NCBI GenBank assembly: GCA_963848295.1
Contig: CAWKDB010000010.1
Span: forward strand, 352,001 to 416,000
Direction of reading: 5' to 3'
DNA length: 64,000 nucleotides
Source of the DNA: an uncultured delta proteobacterium
Lineage (GTDB): Bacteria > Myxococcota_A > Polyangia > Haliangiales > Haliangiaceae
The first letter of the stretch is position 1. Each line of letters starts with the position of its first letter. The notes beneath the pieces are model-generated. The model worked only from the letters and a program-made list of their open reading frames with translations, was not told where the DNA came from and searched no databases. Below, in pieces: positions 20,983-30,855 of the stretch. The translations under genes and the position numbers were made by a program.

Positions 20983-21998
20983 GCGCCGCCTCGCTCGAGT
21001 CGGTCGCGCGCCCGCCCGCACAGGCCGAAGTACGCGAGCCACGACGCGGCGGTGACCGCGGCGACGGCGTAGCGCACCTCGATGTCGGACACGAGCTGAC
21101 GAAAGATGCCCTCGATCAAGCCGGCGACGAACAGCATGATCACCGCGCCGACGACGAGGATCGCGGCGTGACGACCGCGATCGCGCAGCGCCTCGAGCCG
21201 CGGCTGCGCGCCCGGGAACACGAGCCCGTGGGCGAGCAAGAACCCCCCGGCGCCGCACAAGATCACCGCGGTCAGCTCGGTCACGCCGTGAGGCAGGAGC
21301 CATCCCCACAAGTCCCAGCCGAGCCCGCGCGAAGCGTAGAGCGCCGCGAAGGCACCGAGCGTCAGGCCGTTGTAGAACAGCAGCACCAGCGTGGGCAGCC
21401 CCGCGACGAAGCCGAGCGCGAACGCGAGGATCCCGATCCGCGCGTTGTGCGAGAACAGATCGGCGGCGAACGTGCCGAGCACCTCCGACGTGCTCTCGCT
21501 GCGGTACAGACCGTCGCGCAGCTCGGTCGTCGACGACGCCGGCGTCCGACCTTGCGCCATGTCTCCGGCGAACGCGTAGTAGTAGTCGGGGTTGTCGCGG
21601 GTCAGCGAGTACGCCATCGCGGCACCCGCCACGGTGATCGCGCTCGCGAACAAGATGTGCCAGCGCGCGGCGCGCACGCTCGCCGGCCACCGCCAGGTGA
21701 AGAAGTCGGCGAGCTTGCGGCCGACGTGTTGCCGCGTGCCGTAGACCACGAAGTACGCGCGACCGACGAGGCTCTCGAGGTAAAGGACCAGCGCGCGATC
21801 GAGCGAGATCGAGCGCGCGACCGAGAGCGACGACAGCGTCGCGCGATAGAGATGGGGCAGGCGCGCGAGCTGCTCGGCGGTCAGCCGGCGCAAGCCCTTC
21901 GTATCGACGAGCCGGATCAGCTCCTCGAGCTCGCGCCACGACGCTTCGCGCTCGCGCCGGAACTCCACCGATCGGATCGTCGCGCCGGCGCCGGTCAC
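20979..21998 (-). CDS. Stage II sporulation protein M (SpoIIM/DUF95) family membrane protein
   Basis: HNARIG, YNGLTLG, LLPHGVTELTA, AGLIEG. Confidence 0.9.
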   Translation of the reverse strand: MTGAGATIRSVEFRREREASWRELEELIRLVDTKGLRRLTAEQLARLPHLYRATLSSLSVARSISLDRALVLYLESLVGRAYFVVYGTRQHVGRKLADFFTWRWPASVRAARWHILFASAITVAGAAMAYSLTRDNPDYYYAFAGDMAQGRTPASSTTELRDGLYRSESTSEVLGTFAADLFSHNARIGILAFALGFVAGLPTLVLLFYNGLTLGAFAALYASRGLGWDLWGWLLPHGVTELTAVILCGAGGFLLAHGLVFPGAQPRLEALRDRGRHAAILVVGAVIMLFVAGLIEGIFRQLVSDIEVRYAVAAVTAASWLAYFGLCGRARDRLERGGA

Positions 21999-23314
21999 AA
22001 CAGCTCCCTGCGCTTGATGTCGAGGTAGCGGTTGACCAGGGCCATCGAGAACTCACCTGGGGTCGCGTCGATGCAATGCGCGCCGGCGCGGCGCAGTCGT
22101 TCGATCACGATGTCGCGCTCGCGCGAGAAGTCGGTCGCGACGACCGCCTGGTGCAGGGCATCGAGCGTGCGCGGTCGGGCGAGAGCGCGCGCCTCGAGCG
22201 ACGGATCCTTGACCGCGACGAACAGCACGAGATGGCGGCGCGCGAGCCGGGTCACGTTCTCGATCATCAGCTCGGCGGTGACCGTGTCCAGAACATCGGT
22301 GAACAGCACGACGAGCGAGCGCCGGTGCAACCGCGTCCACAGCTCGGCGAACGTCAGCGTGAAGTTGGTCTCGACTCGACGGTAAGCGATCTCGGCCGAC
22401 AGCGCCTGCAGCTTGTGGAAGGTCTGCATGCCGCCTGCGGGCGCGGCCCAGGTCCGGATCCGTTCGTCGAACCCGAGCAGGCCGACGCGATCGCCGGTGC
22501 GCAAGCAGAACCAGCCGAGCAAGATCGCCGCGTTGATCGCGTGATCGAGCTTCGGCACGCCCGCGATCGGCTCGTTCATCAGTTGACCGCCGTCGACGGC
22601 GAGCACGACCTGGTGGTTGCGCTCGGCCCGGAACTCCTGACACAGCAGCTTGCGATGGCGCGCCGACGCCTTCCAATCGATCGCGCGGTAATCGAGACCG
22701 GGCACGTAGTCACGCAGTGATTCGAACTCGGTGCCGTCGCCGAGGTAGCGCTCGACCTTGAGCCCGGCCATGAAGTTGCGATCGGCGAACATCCGCAGCG
22801 CGATCGCTCGCACCGCGCCGAGGTTCGGTCCGACCTTGACCTTGCGATCGATGGGGACGGCCGCGGTTCGCTCGACGAGGCCGAGCGGCCCGGTCCATCG
22901 CGCGTACAGCGTGCGCAGCGCGTGCTCGCCGCGCCGGCGCGGCAGCAACGTGAGCTCGACGGTCGCTCTCGAGGGCCGACTCGCAGCGCCGAACCTCGCC
23001 TCGAGCGGCGGCTGCGGCTCGAGCTCGGCGTCGAGCTCGGCGACGAGCTGCACCGGCGTCGGGCGGCGCCAACGCGCGACCAGCGCGATCGTCGCGACTC
23101 CGCTCTCGCCGATGAAGAGCTGATCCGGCAGGTGGGCGGTGATCGCGAGCCTGCGCCGCGGCAAGCCGAGCACGAAGTCGATGCCGGCGAGCAAGATCGC
23201 GGCGCCGAGGAACGACAGCCACACCGTCCATAGCCGAGGCGAGATCGCGACCGCGGTCAAGGACAGCGGAATCCCCGCGAGAAACACGAGCAAGCAGCGG
23301 AGCGTGGGACGCAT
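21995..23314 (-). CDS. DUF58 domain protein
   Basis: GTEFESLRDYVPG.D.RAIDWKASAR, GDRVGL, VLFTD. Confidence 0.92.
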   Translation of the reverse strand: MRPTLRCLLVFLAGIPLSLTAVAISPRLWTVWLSFLGAAILLAGIDFVLGLPRRRLAITAHLPDQLFIGESGVATIALVARWRRPTPVQLVAELDAELEPQPPLEARFGAASRPSRATVELTLLPRRRGEHALRTLYARWTGPLGLVERTAAVPIDRKVKVGPNLGAVRAIALRMFADRNFMAGLKVERYLGDGTEFESLRDYVPGLDYRAIDWKASARHRKLLCQEFRAERNHQVVLAVDGGQLMNEPIAGVPKLDHAINAAILLGWFCLRTGDRVGLLGFDERIRTWAAPAGGMQTFHKLQALSAEIAYRRVETNFTLTFAELWTRLHRRSLVVLFTDVLDTVTAELMIENVTRLARRHLVLFVAVKDPSLEARALARPRTLDALHQAVVATDFSRERDIVIERLRRAGAHCIDATPGEFSMALVNRYLDIKRRELL

Positions 23315-23317
23315 GCG

Positions 23318-24274
23318 TCAGCGCGGCGCTGGGACCTGCTCGATGATCTGGCGCACGACGGCTTCGGTCGTCAGGCCTTCGATCTCGGCGCTCGGCGCGA
23401 GCACGAGGCGGTGGCGCAGCGCCGGGACGGCGAGCGCCTTGACGTCGTCGGGCAGCACGAACTCGCGGCCGTTGATCGCCGCGAGCGCCCGGCTCGCGGT
23501 CGCGAGCATCGTCGCCGCACGCGGGGATGCGCCATACGCGATCGCCGGACGTTCGCGTGTCGTCCGCACGACGTCGACGATGTAGTCGAGGATCGGATCG
23601 GACAGCACGATCGTCGCGACCACGTCGCGCATGGCCGCGATCGTCGCGAGGTCGGCGACCGGCTTGACCTCGAAGTCGGCGAGGTTCGGCATCGTCGTGC
23701 GATGGCCATGGCGCACGACGATCGCGCGCTCTTCGTCGCGACTCGGGTAGCCCATGATGACCTTGAACAGAAAGCGATCGAGCTGCGCCTCGGGCAGCGG
23801 GTACGTGCCCTCTTGCTCGATCGGGTTCTGCGTCGCGATCACCATGAACCCTTCACCGAGGTCGTGGGTCGTGCCGTCGACCGTCGTCGCGCGCTCTTGC
23901 ATCGCCTGGAGCAACGCGGCCTGGGTCTTCGGCGGGGTCCGGTTGATCTCGTCGGCGAGCAGCAGGTCGGTGAAGATCGGCCCCTTCGTCAGCGTGAACG
24001 TGTTCGTCTGAAAGTTGAACAGATTCGTGCCGATGATGTCGCCCGGCATCAGATCGGGCGTGAACTGAACGCGGCCGAACTGCAACGACAACCCGCTCGC
24101 GAACGTGCGGGCGAGCAGCGTCTTCGCGACGCCGGGCACGCCCTCGAACAAGACGTGGCCCTCGCACAACAACGCGACCATCAGCAGATCGATCGCGTGA
24201 TCTTGGCCGACGACGACGCGATGCACCTGCTCGCGCAGCTGGGTGGTGAGATCACGAATGCTTGCAAGGTCCAT
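23318..24274 (-). CDS. moxR: MoxR family AAA+ ATPase
   Basis: [59 protein letters not shown]. Confidence 0.96.
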   Translation of the reverse strand: MDLASIRDLTTQLREQVHRVVVGQDHAIDLLMVALLCEGHVLFEGVPGVAKTLLARTFASGLSLQFGRVQFTPDLMPGDIIGTNLFNFQTNTFTLTKGPIFTDLLLADEINRTPPKTQAALLQAMQERATTVDGTTHDLGEGFMVIATQNPIEQEGTYPLPEAQLDRFLFKVIMGYPSRDEERAIVVRHGHRTTMPNLADFEVKPVADLATIAAMRDVVATIVLSDPILDYIVDVVRTTRERPAIAYGASPRAATMLATASRALAAINGREFVLPDDVKALAVPALRHRLVLAPSAEIEGLTTEAVVRQIIEQVPAPR

Positions 24275-25496
24275 GGATCATCTCCGAACGCCAGCGATAG
24301 ATCTGGTCGGCGAGCTCGAGCAGCCGCTGCGTAGAACCGCCCGCGGCGACGTCGGCTTGCAGGCCAGGCAACGAGATGGTCACGCCGCGCACTCCGCGGA
24401 TGCGCTCGAGCCATGCGGTGATCGCGGCCGGCGTCAGGCCGTCGGGCGCGTGCAACGAGCGGGTCACCGCGGTGACGTTGACCGCGAGGTAACGGCGCAG
24501 CGCCTCGACGTGATGGCCACCGAACCCGAGCAGGCCGGCGGTGTTGCGGATCAAGAAGTCTTTGCCCGGCGCGATCGGCGGCGGCGCAGCGCGCAGCGGA
24601 CCGAACCGAACCAGCGCGGCCCAGATCACGAGCAGCGCGCAGATCATGATCTGCACGGTCGCGAGCACGACCGGGAAGCCGAGCAACACGTGCATCAGGC
24701 TCGGATTCTGTGCGTAGCGCCGGCCGTGGATGCTCTCGTCGATCACCACCGGGCCATCGCCGCGCAGCCGATCGATCAGCGACACCACGAACCGCGCGTT
24801 CTCTGGGTGGCGCAGACCGGCGTTGTTGATGACGTCGGGGTCCGCGAGGATCCACAGCTCGATCCCGTCCACCTTCGCGTGGCCGAGCAGCGCGTGACCG
24901 CCGTCGAACACGTCGCTCGTGAAGTCGGCGTCGCGGGGCACGTCGAGGAACTGCGCGAGCGCGACGGTCGGGCTGGAAAACCCTTCGTCGTTCGCCCACC
25001 GCGCCGGCGGCCGATCGCGGGCGATGCGCGGCGCCAGCGCGAGCGCAGCGAGCACGTCGTCGACCTCGTCGACCGAGACCAGGTGCGCCGAATCGATCCA
25101 CGGCGAGTCCGCGGTCCACCGTCCGTACCACTTCGGCAGCACCACGAGCACGCGCCGCGCGCCCGCGATCTCGCGCCGCAGCTCGGGCACCGACCGACTG
25201 CGCGGCTCGGCGATCACGAGCAGCCCCTCGCTCGCCTGCTCGCCGCCGCCGCGCTGGGTGACCACGACCGGGATGTCGAGCTTGCCGAGCAACTCGACGA
25301 GCCCTTTGTGACCGATCGCCGACACCGAGTACGCGTCGCTCGTCGCCGAGGTCGACTGCTCGGCCGGATCGCGGCTGATCACGGTGAGCACGATCGCGGT
25401 GGCGAGCGATACGACCGCGACGCCGATCACGACCCACAGCGTGACCTTCGAGAACGGGCCGGCACCCTCGAGCGAGTCGACCGGCTCGGGCGTCAC
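24252..25496 (-). CDS. DUF4350 domain membrane-anchored protein
   Basis: N-terminal [30 protein letters not shown]-terminal TM plus RFG; typical position in the MoxR cluster. Confidence 0.8.
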   Translation of the reverse strand: MTPEPVDSLEGAGPFSKVTLWVVIGVAVVSLATAIVLTVISRDPAEQSTSATSDAYSVSAIGHKGLVELLGKLDIPVVVTQRGGGEQASEGLLVIAEPRSRSVPELRREIAGARRVLVVLPKWYGRWTADSPWIDSAHLVSVDEVDDVLAALALAPRIARDRPPARWANDEGFSSPTVALAQFLDVPRDADFTSDVFDGGHALLGHAKVDGIELWILADPDVINNAGLRHPENARFVVSLIDRLRGDGPVVIDESIHGRRYAQNPSLMHVLLGFPVVLATVQIMICALLVIWAALVRFGPLRAAPPPIAPGKDFLIRNTAGLLGFGGHHVEALRRYLAVNVTAVTRSLHAPDGLTPAAITAWLERIRGVRGVTISLPGLQADVAAGGSTQRLLELADQIYRWRSEMIHGPCKHS

Positions 25497-26239
25497 GCGC
25501 GTGCTCCTTGCGCGCGAAACGCCGCCGCGAACACCTGGAATTGCGCTCGGCAGCGTGCGAAGTCATCGGCGCTCGCGACGTCGCCGCCGAAAAACGTCAG
25601 CTCGACCGCGGTGATCAGGCCCGACAGCGCATCGCGCGAATCGGTCAGCAGCGGCACGCGCGCGAGGATCTCGCGGCTGGTGTGTGCGGGCGAGACGCGC
25701 ACCGACGACGCGCGGACGAGCTCCTGCAGCGTCCGCAACAACAGCGCGTGGATCGCCTCGCTATACCGGCCGTCGTTCGCGAGCACGTCGGCATCGTCGA
25801 GTGGGCGGTCGACGACGGCAAGATCGAGCGGCGCTGGTGCCGTCGAGTCGCCCGCGAGCTCGACGTCGTCGCCGCCGTACTTGACGAGCTCGGTCGTGAG
25901 CCAGAACGCGAGCAGAACTACTGCCACCGCGATCACACCCCACATCAGGAAACTGAGGATCCGGCCGACCGGCCCGGAGCTCGCGTCGTCGTCCTCGTGG
26001 CGGCGATCGGGGCCGCGATCGGGCTCGGAGCGATCCGGCTCGTTCGCGCTGCCGCGATCTGCCTCGCTGCGGTCATGACGCGCTTGGTCGGGCCGCGGCG
26101 GCGTCGTATCCGCTGGCAGCTCCTTCTGATAGCGATCGTCGAGCACGGCGGCGCGCGCATGCTCCACGCGATCCCCGTCGGCAGACGCCCGGGGCGACGC
26201 CGCGAGCAGCACGACCGCGATCGGCACCCAAAGCCGCAC
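25493..26239 (-). CDS. DUF4129 domain protein
   Basis: YSEAIHALL..TSREI..ELTFFGG; signal peptide from GTG 26239. Confidence 0.75.
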   Translation of the reverse strand: MRLWVPIAVVLLAASPRASADGDRVEHARAAVLDDRYQKELPADTTPPRPDQARHDRSEADRGSANEPDRSEPDRGPDRRHEDDDASSGPVGRILSFLMWGVIAVAVVLLAFWLTTELVKYGGDDVELAGDSTAPAPLDLAVVDRPLDDADVLANDGRYSEAIHALLLRTLQELVRASSVRVSPAHTSREILARVPLLTDSRDALSGLITAVELTFFGGDVASADDFARCRAQFQVFAAAFRAQGARA

Positions 26240-26261
26240 GCCATACCATCGCACACAAGTC

Positions 26262-26299
26262 CTGTCCGGGACTCCGACAGCTGCCGGGGATCCTGGCAG
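26262..26299. promoter_or_regulatory. Two tandem 19-bp palindromes, candidate enhancer-binding-protein sites
   Basis: CTGTC-N9-GACAG followed directly by CTGCC-N9-GGCAG. Confidence 0.55.
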
Positions 26300-26331
26300 T
26301 CCAACTGGCCCGAATCGCGCGTCGCCCACCG

Positions 26332-26347
26332 GGGCATGGCGCTTGCT
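26332..26347 (+). promoter_or_regulatory. Sigma-54 (-24/-12) promoter
   Basis: GGGCATGGCGCTTGCT fits TGGCACG-N4-TTGCW with exact GG-N10-GC spacing. Confidence 0.6.
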
Positions 26348-26359
26348 GGTGAGCGGCCC

Positions 26360-26473
26360 ATGCTGTCCATGGTGTTCGCTCTCGCGCTCGCGACCGCGGT
26401 TGGCAACGTCGCCGCGATCGGGCGACTCATGGGCGTCGCGCGCGCGCTGGACGACGGCCCTACCGTGCGCTGA
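26360..26473 (+). CDS. Candidate 37-aa hydrophobic small protein
   Basis: MLSMVFALALATAVGNVAAIGRLMGVARALDDGPTVR, starting just downstream of the sigma-54 motif. Confidence 0.45.
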   Translation: MLSMVFALALATAVGNVAAIGRLMGVARALDDGPTVR

Positions 26474-28952
26474 CCGTCGCTGCGCCCGCCACTTTGATCC
26501 ACAAGGTGCCGCCGGTCGCCGGCTCCCAGAACCAGCCGGAGGTCGCCGCGATCGCCGCGGCTCGGCTCGCCAGCTCGGGCACCGCGACACCGTCGACCAT
26601 CACGACGGTCGGCGCTGCGGTCGCGATCACCTCGAATACCGCGCCTTCGCCGAACACCGAGCCCGGCGTGAACTGCAGCGCGAGCGCCCCGCCGACCGGT
26701 TGCTGCTGCGCGATCACCGAGCCGTCGTAGACCGTGAACTGCGAGGGGGTCGCGGCCGGCGCGACCCGCAGCCACAACGCGCCCGGATCGTTCGCGAACG
26801 AATCTATCGGCGAGCTCGCCGGCACCGGCGCGGTCGTATCGATCGTATCGCGCAGCATCGGCACGATCGCGCCTCGGGCGAGGAACAGCGGCAACGTGTC
26901 GAGGTCCGCGTCGATCGTGATGTCACCACCTCCGGCGTACGGCGTACCGGTCCACCAATCGAGCCAGGTCCCCGGCGGCAACAACAAGCTGCGCGACGTC
27001 GCGCCCGCCGCGACGATCGGCGCGGCCACGATCGAGTCGCCGAACAGATATTCGTCGTCGGGGAACTCGCCGAGCGATGGGAACGCCAGCCCGATCGCGC
27101 GCGCGATCGGACGGCCGGTCACCGCGATCGCCTGGGCGTACGTCCACGCGTACGGATAGAGCCGCATGTGCAGGCTCGCGTACTTCTGATACGTGTCGAT
27201 CGAGGCCTGCGTCCGTCCGTTGGCGGCCGTGAGCTCCCACGGCATCTCGCTCGACGCATCGCCGACCTCCATCGCCGCGTTCACCGCGTTCGCTTCGACC
27301 CAGCGCAGCCAGGTCTCGTTGTCGGCCGGCGCGTGACGATAGCCGCCGGTGTCCGACGCGTAGAACGGAAAGCCCGACGCCGACAAGCCGAGGCCCTTGA
27401 CGACCGCCGCCGGCAAGCCGCCGACCGCCGACGTCGACTGACCGGTGATCGTGTCGCCCTGGCGCGCGAAGCTCGCGTCGAGATCGCCGGGCCAGATGAT
27501 CATGCCGCGCGTTTGATCGCCCCACCGGCCGGTCCGGCACAGCAGGAACCCGCCGGCTTGCGGCAGCTGATCGCGATACGCCTGGTGATAGAGCAGCTGA
27601 TAGCGATAGTGCATCGTGTCTTCGTCGCTGCCGTCGGCGAACCGCCACGGCACGCGCTTGCCGTTGAGGCCGACGACGACATCCTCGGCGTAGTCGAGCT
27701 TGTAACCCTCGATGCCCATCGCGGTGTAGATCGCGAGGTTCTGCTGCCACCACGCATACGCGTCGGGGTTCGTGAAGTCGATCGGTTCGCTCCACGGGTT
27801 GACCTGCACGCCGACGATCGGCGGAAAATAGCCGTGCGCCGTGGCATAGGCGTTCTGCACCGGCGCCGGATCGGTGTTGGTGCCAGCGGCGGTGTACGGC
27901 GAGTGCCACACCGCGTAGCGCAACCCAGCGTCGTGGATCGCCTGCAACATCGCGGGCGGGTCATCGAACTTCGCGGCGGAGAAATCGAACGTCTCGACGC
28001 CGGTCGCGTACGGGCGATCGAACCACACGCCGCTGGTCGCGAGGTGGCGCGTCCGGATCTGCGAGATGTCGTCGATCATCTGCGCCTGATTCGCGGTCTC
28101 GTCGCGCCACAACAGCGGCCCGAGCGCCCACGGTGCGGGCAGCCCGGGAAAGCCGGTGATCGCGAAGTAGTGCTTCATCAGATCGAGCGGCTGGTCCTCG
28201 ACGAACAGATGAAACGCGAGCCCGTTCGGTGAATCGGCGCCGGTGCCGAACGCGACGTCGACGAGCGTATCGCTCTGGCGCGCGACGTCGAACGAACCGG
28301 GCCGCATGCTCTCGACGAACAAGCCCCAGCCGGTCGTCCCGAGCAGCAGCGGCACCGGCACGTGGTTCTCGTCGTCGCCACCTTCGGCCGACAGATCGAG
28401 CTCCATCTGCATCGGCCGCAGCTTGCCGCGATGTTGCGCGGTGTCGCCCCACTCGCCGAGGCCGTAGAACGCCTCGGTCGGGTCGCCCTCGGGCCGGATC
28501 CGATAATACGCGACCGACTGGGTGCTCGGCTCGTCGGCGACGAACTTCGCGGCAAACCCGTTCGCGCCTTCGGGCGTGAACGTCACGGTCGCGTGCACAC
28601 CACCGGCCTCGATCGCGACCGTCAGCGCGTCGGCCTGCGCGGCGCCGGCGGGCTCGAGCCGTTGCGCGGTGTGCCAGGTCAGGCCGCCCGGCGGCTCGGG
28701 CGGCGCATCGACGAACAGCCAGTACGGGTCGAAGCTGTCGCCCGCATCGAGATCGTCGACCGTGCCGATCTGAAACCCATCGGCGTGGAACGTGACGAGC
28801 GGCGTGCCGGCGCGGGCGAGCACGAGCGCACTACCATCGGCGGCGAGCGTGAGCGTCGCGTCGCCCGATGCGAGCGGGGGCACGGTCGGGAACGCGTTGT
28901 CGCCGCACGCGACGAGCCATGCAAAACCTGCGAGGACTGCGCGGCGCACCAT
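26460..28952 (-). CDS. Glycoside hydrolase family 31 lipoprotein
   Basis: FYGLGE, WALG, GYKLDYAE (nucleophile), WPGD (acid/base), DTGGY, DEYLFGDSIVAAP; lipobox WLVAC. Confidence 0.9.
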   Translation of the reverse strand: MVRRAVLAGFAWLVACGDNAFPTVPPLASGDATLTLAADGSALVLARAGTPLVTFHADGFQIGTVDDLDAGDSFDPYWLFVDAPPEPPGGLTWHTAQRLEPAGAAQADALTVAIEAGGVHATVTFTPEGANGFAAKFVADEPSTQSVAYYRIRPEGDPTEAFYGLGEWGDTAQHRGKLRPMQMELDLSAEGGDDENHVPVPLLLGTTGWGLFVESMRPGSFDVARQSDTLVDVAFGTGADSPNGLAFHLFVEDQPLDLMKHYFAITGFPGLPAPWALGPLLWRDETANQAQMIDDISQIRTRHLATSGVWFDRPYATGVETFDFSAAKFDDPPAMLQAIHDAGLRYAVWHSPYTAAGTNTDPAPVQNAYATAHGYFPPIVGVQVNPWSEPIDFTNPDAYAWWQQNLAIYTAMGIEGYKLDYAEDVVVGLNGKRVPWRFADGSDEDTMHYRYQLLYHQAYRDQLPQAGGFLLCRTGRWGDQTRGMIIWPGDLDASFARQGDTITGQSTSAVGGLPAAVVKGLGLSASGFPFYASDTGGYRHAPADNETWLRWVEANAVNAAMEVGDASSEMPWELTAANGRTQASIDTYQKYASLHMRLYPYAWTYAQAIAVTGRPIARAIGLAFPSLGEFPDDEYLFGDSIVAAPIVAAGATSRSLLLPPGTWLDWWTGTPYAGGGDITIDADLDTLPLFLARGAIVPMLRDTIDTTAPVPASSPIDSFANDPGALWLRVAPAATPSQFTVYDGSVIAQQQPVGGALALQFTPGSVFGEGAVFEVIATAAPTVVMVDGVAVPELASRAAAIAATSGWFWEPATGGTLWIKVAGAATVSAR

Positions 28953-28966
28953 GAGCGCGCAGCCTA

Positions 28967-29977
28967 TCAAAACGCGAGCCGCAAGCCGACGTCCACGCTC
29001 TCGTCCGCGGGCGAGATCACGCCCTGGACGTAGACATGTACGTACGGCACGTTGAGCTGGAGCCCGCCGAGCGCGTGCACGGTGACCACCCCGGGGCTGG
29101 CCGACCCGCTCGCGGTCACCGTCGCGGTACCGACGTTCTCCATGTTCGATCGGATGTCGATGTCACCGGCGAGCGCGACATCGATCGTCGCGGGCGCGAC
29201 CGTGACATCGAGCCCGCCGCCGGCGTACAGCGCGAGGTGATTCCACAGCCGCATGCCGGTCGTGACCTCGATCGGCACGGTCGAAGCCTTCGCGACGACG
29301 TTCAGCGTGCCGGTCGCCTCGAACGTGAGGTGCTCGGAGTCGCCGGCGGGGTTGTAGACCTTGAAGTTGATCGGCAGCGTGTCCGCCTTGCCGATCGTCG
29401 AGTACGCGTACTCGAAGCCGGTCGTCGCATCGAGCCCGAGCCAGCTGATCGCGCCGCGCCGCCGCTCGGGCAGGATCTTGTACTCGACGTGGACGCCGCC
29501 GGTCGCGAGGTGGCCGTCGAGCCCGTGGTACGACTCGGATTCGTAGTAGCCGTTCGCGAACACCGACCAGCGCGGATGCCCCCACCGGCCGAGGTTCGCG
29601 CCGGCCATGATCGCGAGGTTGAACACGATGCCGCCGAGCTCGTGACTCGAGTTGCCGAACGATGCATCGGTCGCGAGCGCGCCGTTCGCGACGACACCGA
29701 CCATCAGCTCGCCCGGCAGCACCGCGTAGTCGACGCCGAGCCCATGATCTGCGATCGCGCTCGTCGAGGCGAACGCCTTCAGCAGCTGCGGAATCTGCGC
29801 GGTCTGAAACAGCGTGTCGAACTGGGTCTCGGCGTTCGTGATCAGATCCGGCACGGTCAAGTTCAAGTAGCTCGCGAGCTGCGCGCCGTTCTGGTTGAGC
29901 TGGACCGTGACGGTCGAGTCCGCGCGCGCGCCCGTCGCGCAGCACGCCACGACGATCCCGACGGCGATCGTGCGCAT
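28967..29977 (-). CDS. Outer-membrane beta-barrel protein with N-terminal helical segment
   Basis: Signal peptide; alternating strands; terminal VDVGLRLAF (BAM-type Phe). Confidence 0.7.
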   Translation of the reverse strand: MRTIAVGIVVACCATGARADSTVTVQLNQNGAQLASYLNLTVPDLITNAETQFDTLFQTAQIPQLLKAFASTSAIADHGLGVDYAVLPGELMVGVVANGALATDASFGNSSHELGGIVFNLAIMAGANLGRWGHPRWSVFANGYYESESYHGLDGHLATGGVHVEYKILPERRRGAISWLGLDATTGFEYAYSTIGKADTLPINFKVYNPAGDSEHLTFEATGTLNVVAKASTVPIEVTTGMRLWNHLALYAGGGLDVTVAPATIDVALAGDIDIRSNMENVGTATVTASGSASPGVVTVHALGGLQLNVPYVHVYVQGVISPADESVDVGLRLAF

Positions 29978-29979
29978 GG

Positions 29980-30855
29980 CTACCAGAAATCGAAGCCGAT
30001 CGCGGCTTGCACGATCAGCGGGTTGACCATGACGTCCATCTTCGCGGTGCCGACCTCGACCGTGCCGAACGCCGGGATGTTCGGCGTGGCGACTTGAATG
30101 TGCTCGGCGGTCGCGTGCGCGTCCATCAGCGCGATGAACTTCACGTCGAGGCGGGCGTAGAACAGCTTCGACAGCCGGACATCGAGCCCGGCTTGCAGCG
30201 CGAGCCCGGGAGCCGGATCCACCGTGAACTTCGGTTGCGATACCGCGGTCAGGATCGGGTTCGTCATCTTCGCGCTCGTCGCGATCAGCATCGCGAACCC
30301 AGCGCCCGCATACGGGCGAAACCGGCCGTGATCGATGAGCTGATACACCGCGGTCAGCACGGGCGGCGCCGCGGTCGCTTCGCCGAGCTCGGGACCGAGC
30401 GCCGGGACGCCGGTCGGAATGCCGAGCGCGGTCGGCGCGATCGATTGGTTCGCGAGCGTACCCGTCGCGCGAAACTTCACGGTGAACGGCGTGCCGAGCA
30501 CGGTCTCGAGCGACAGCCGATCGTGGAGCCACGGCAACACGACACCGACGATCAGCGCGGGAATCGTCGCGCCGGTGACCGAGGCGCCCGAGCCGGCGAT
30601 CGGACCGTCCATCACGGCGAGGCTCGCGGGGCCGTCGACGTCCGCGAGCTGCAGCTCGTTCGACGTTGCGAGCGGCTTGACGAACGCGACTCCGACACGG
30701 AGGTACACCCGATGGCGGCGCTCGGGTCTGAGCAGCGATGGCTGCGGCGCGACCGGCGTGACCGCGACGCCGACCGAGGCATCGGGCGCCGGATCGGCGC
30801 GGACGTCGCCGGCAATCACACCGAGCGCGACGACGATCGCGAGCGCGCGCGTCAC
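29980..30855 (-). CDS. OmpW/AlkL family outer-membrane protein
   Basis: SLETVLGTPF, PPVLTAVY, FRPYAGAG, ALQAGLD, VNPLIVQAAIGFDFW. Confidence 0.88.
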   Translation of the reverse strand: MTRALAIVVALGVIAGDVRADPAPDASVGVAVTPVAPQPSLLRPERRHRVYLRVGVAFVKPLATSNELQLADVDGPASLAVMDGPIAGSGASVTGATIPALIVGVVLPWLHDRLSLETVLGTPFTVKFRATGTLANQSIAPTALGIPTGVPALGPELGEATAAPPVLTAVYQLIDHGRFRPYAGAGFAMLIATSAKMTNPILTAVSQPKFTVDPAPGLALQAGLDVRLSKLFYARLDVKFIALMDAHATAEHIQVATPNIPAFGTVEVGTAKMDVMVNPLIVQAAIGFDFW

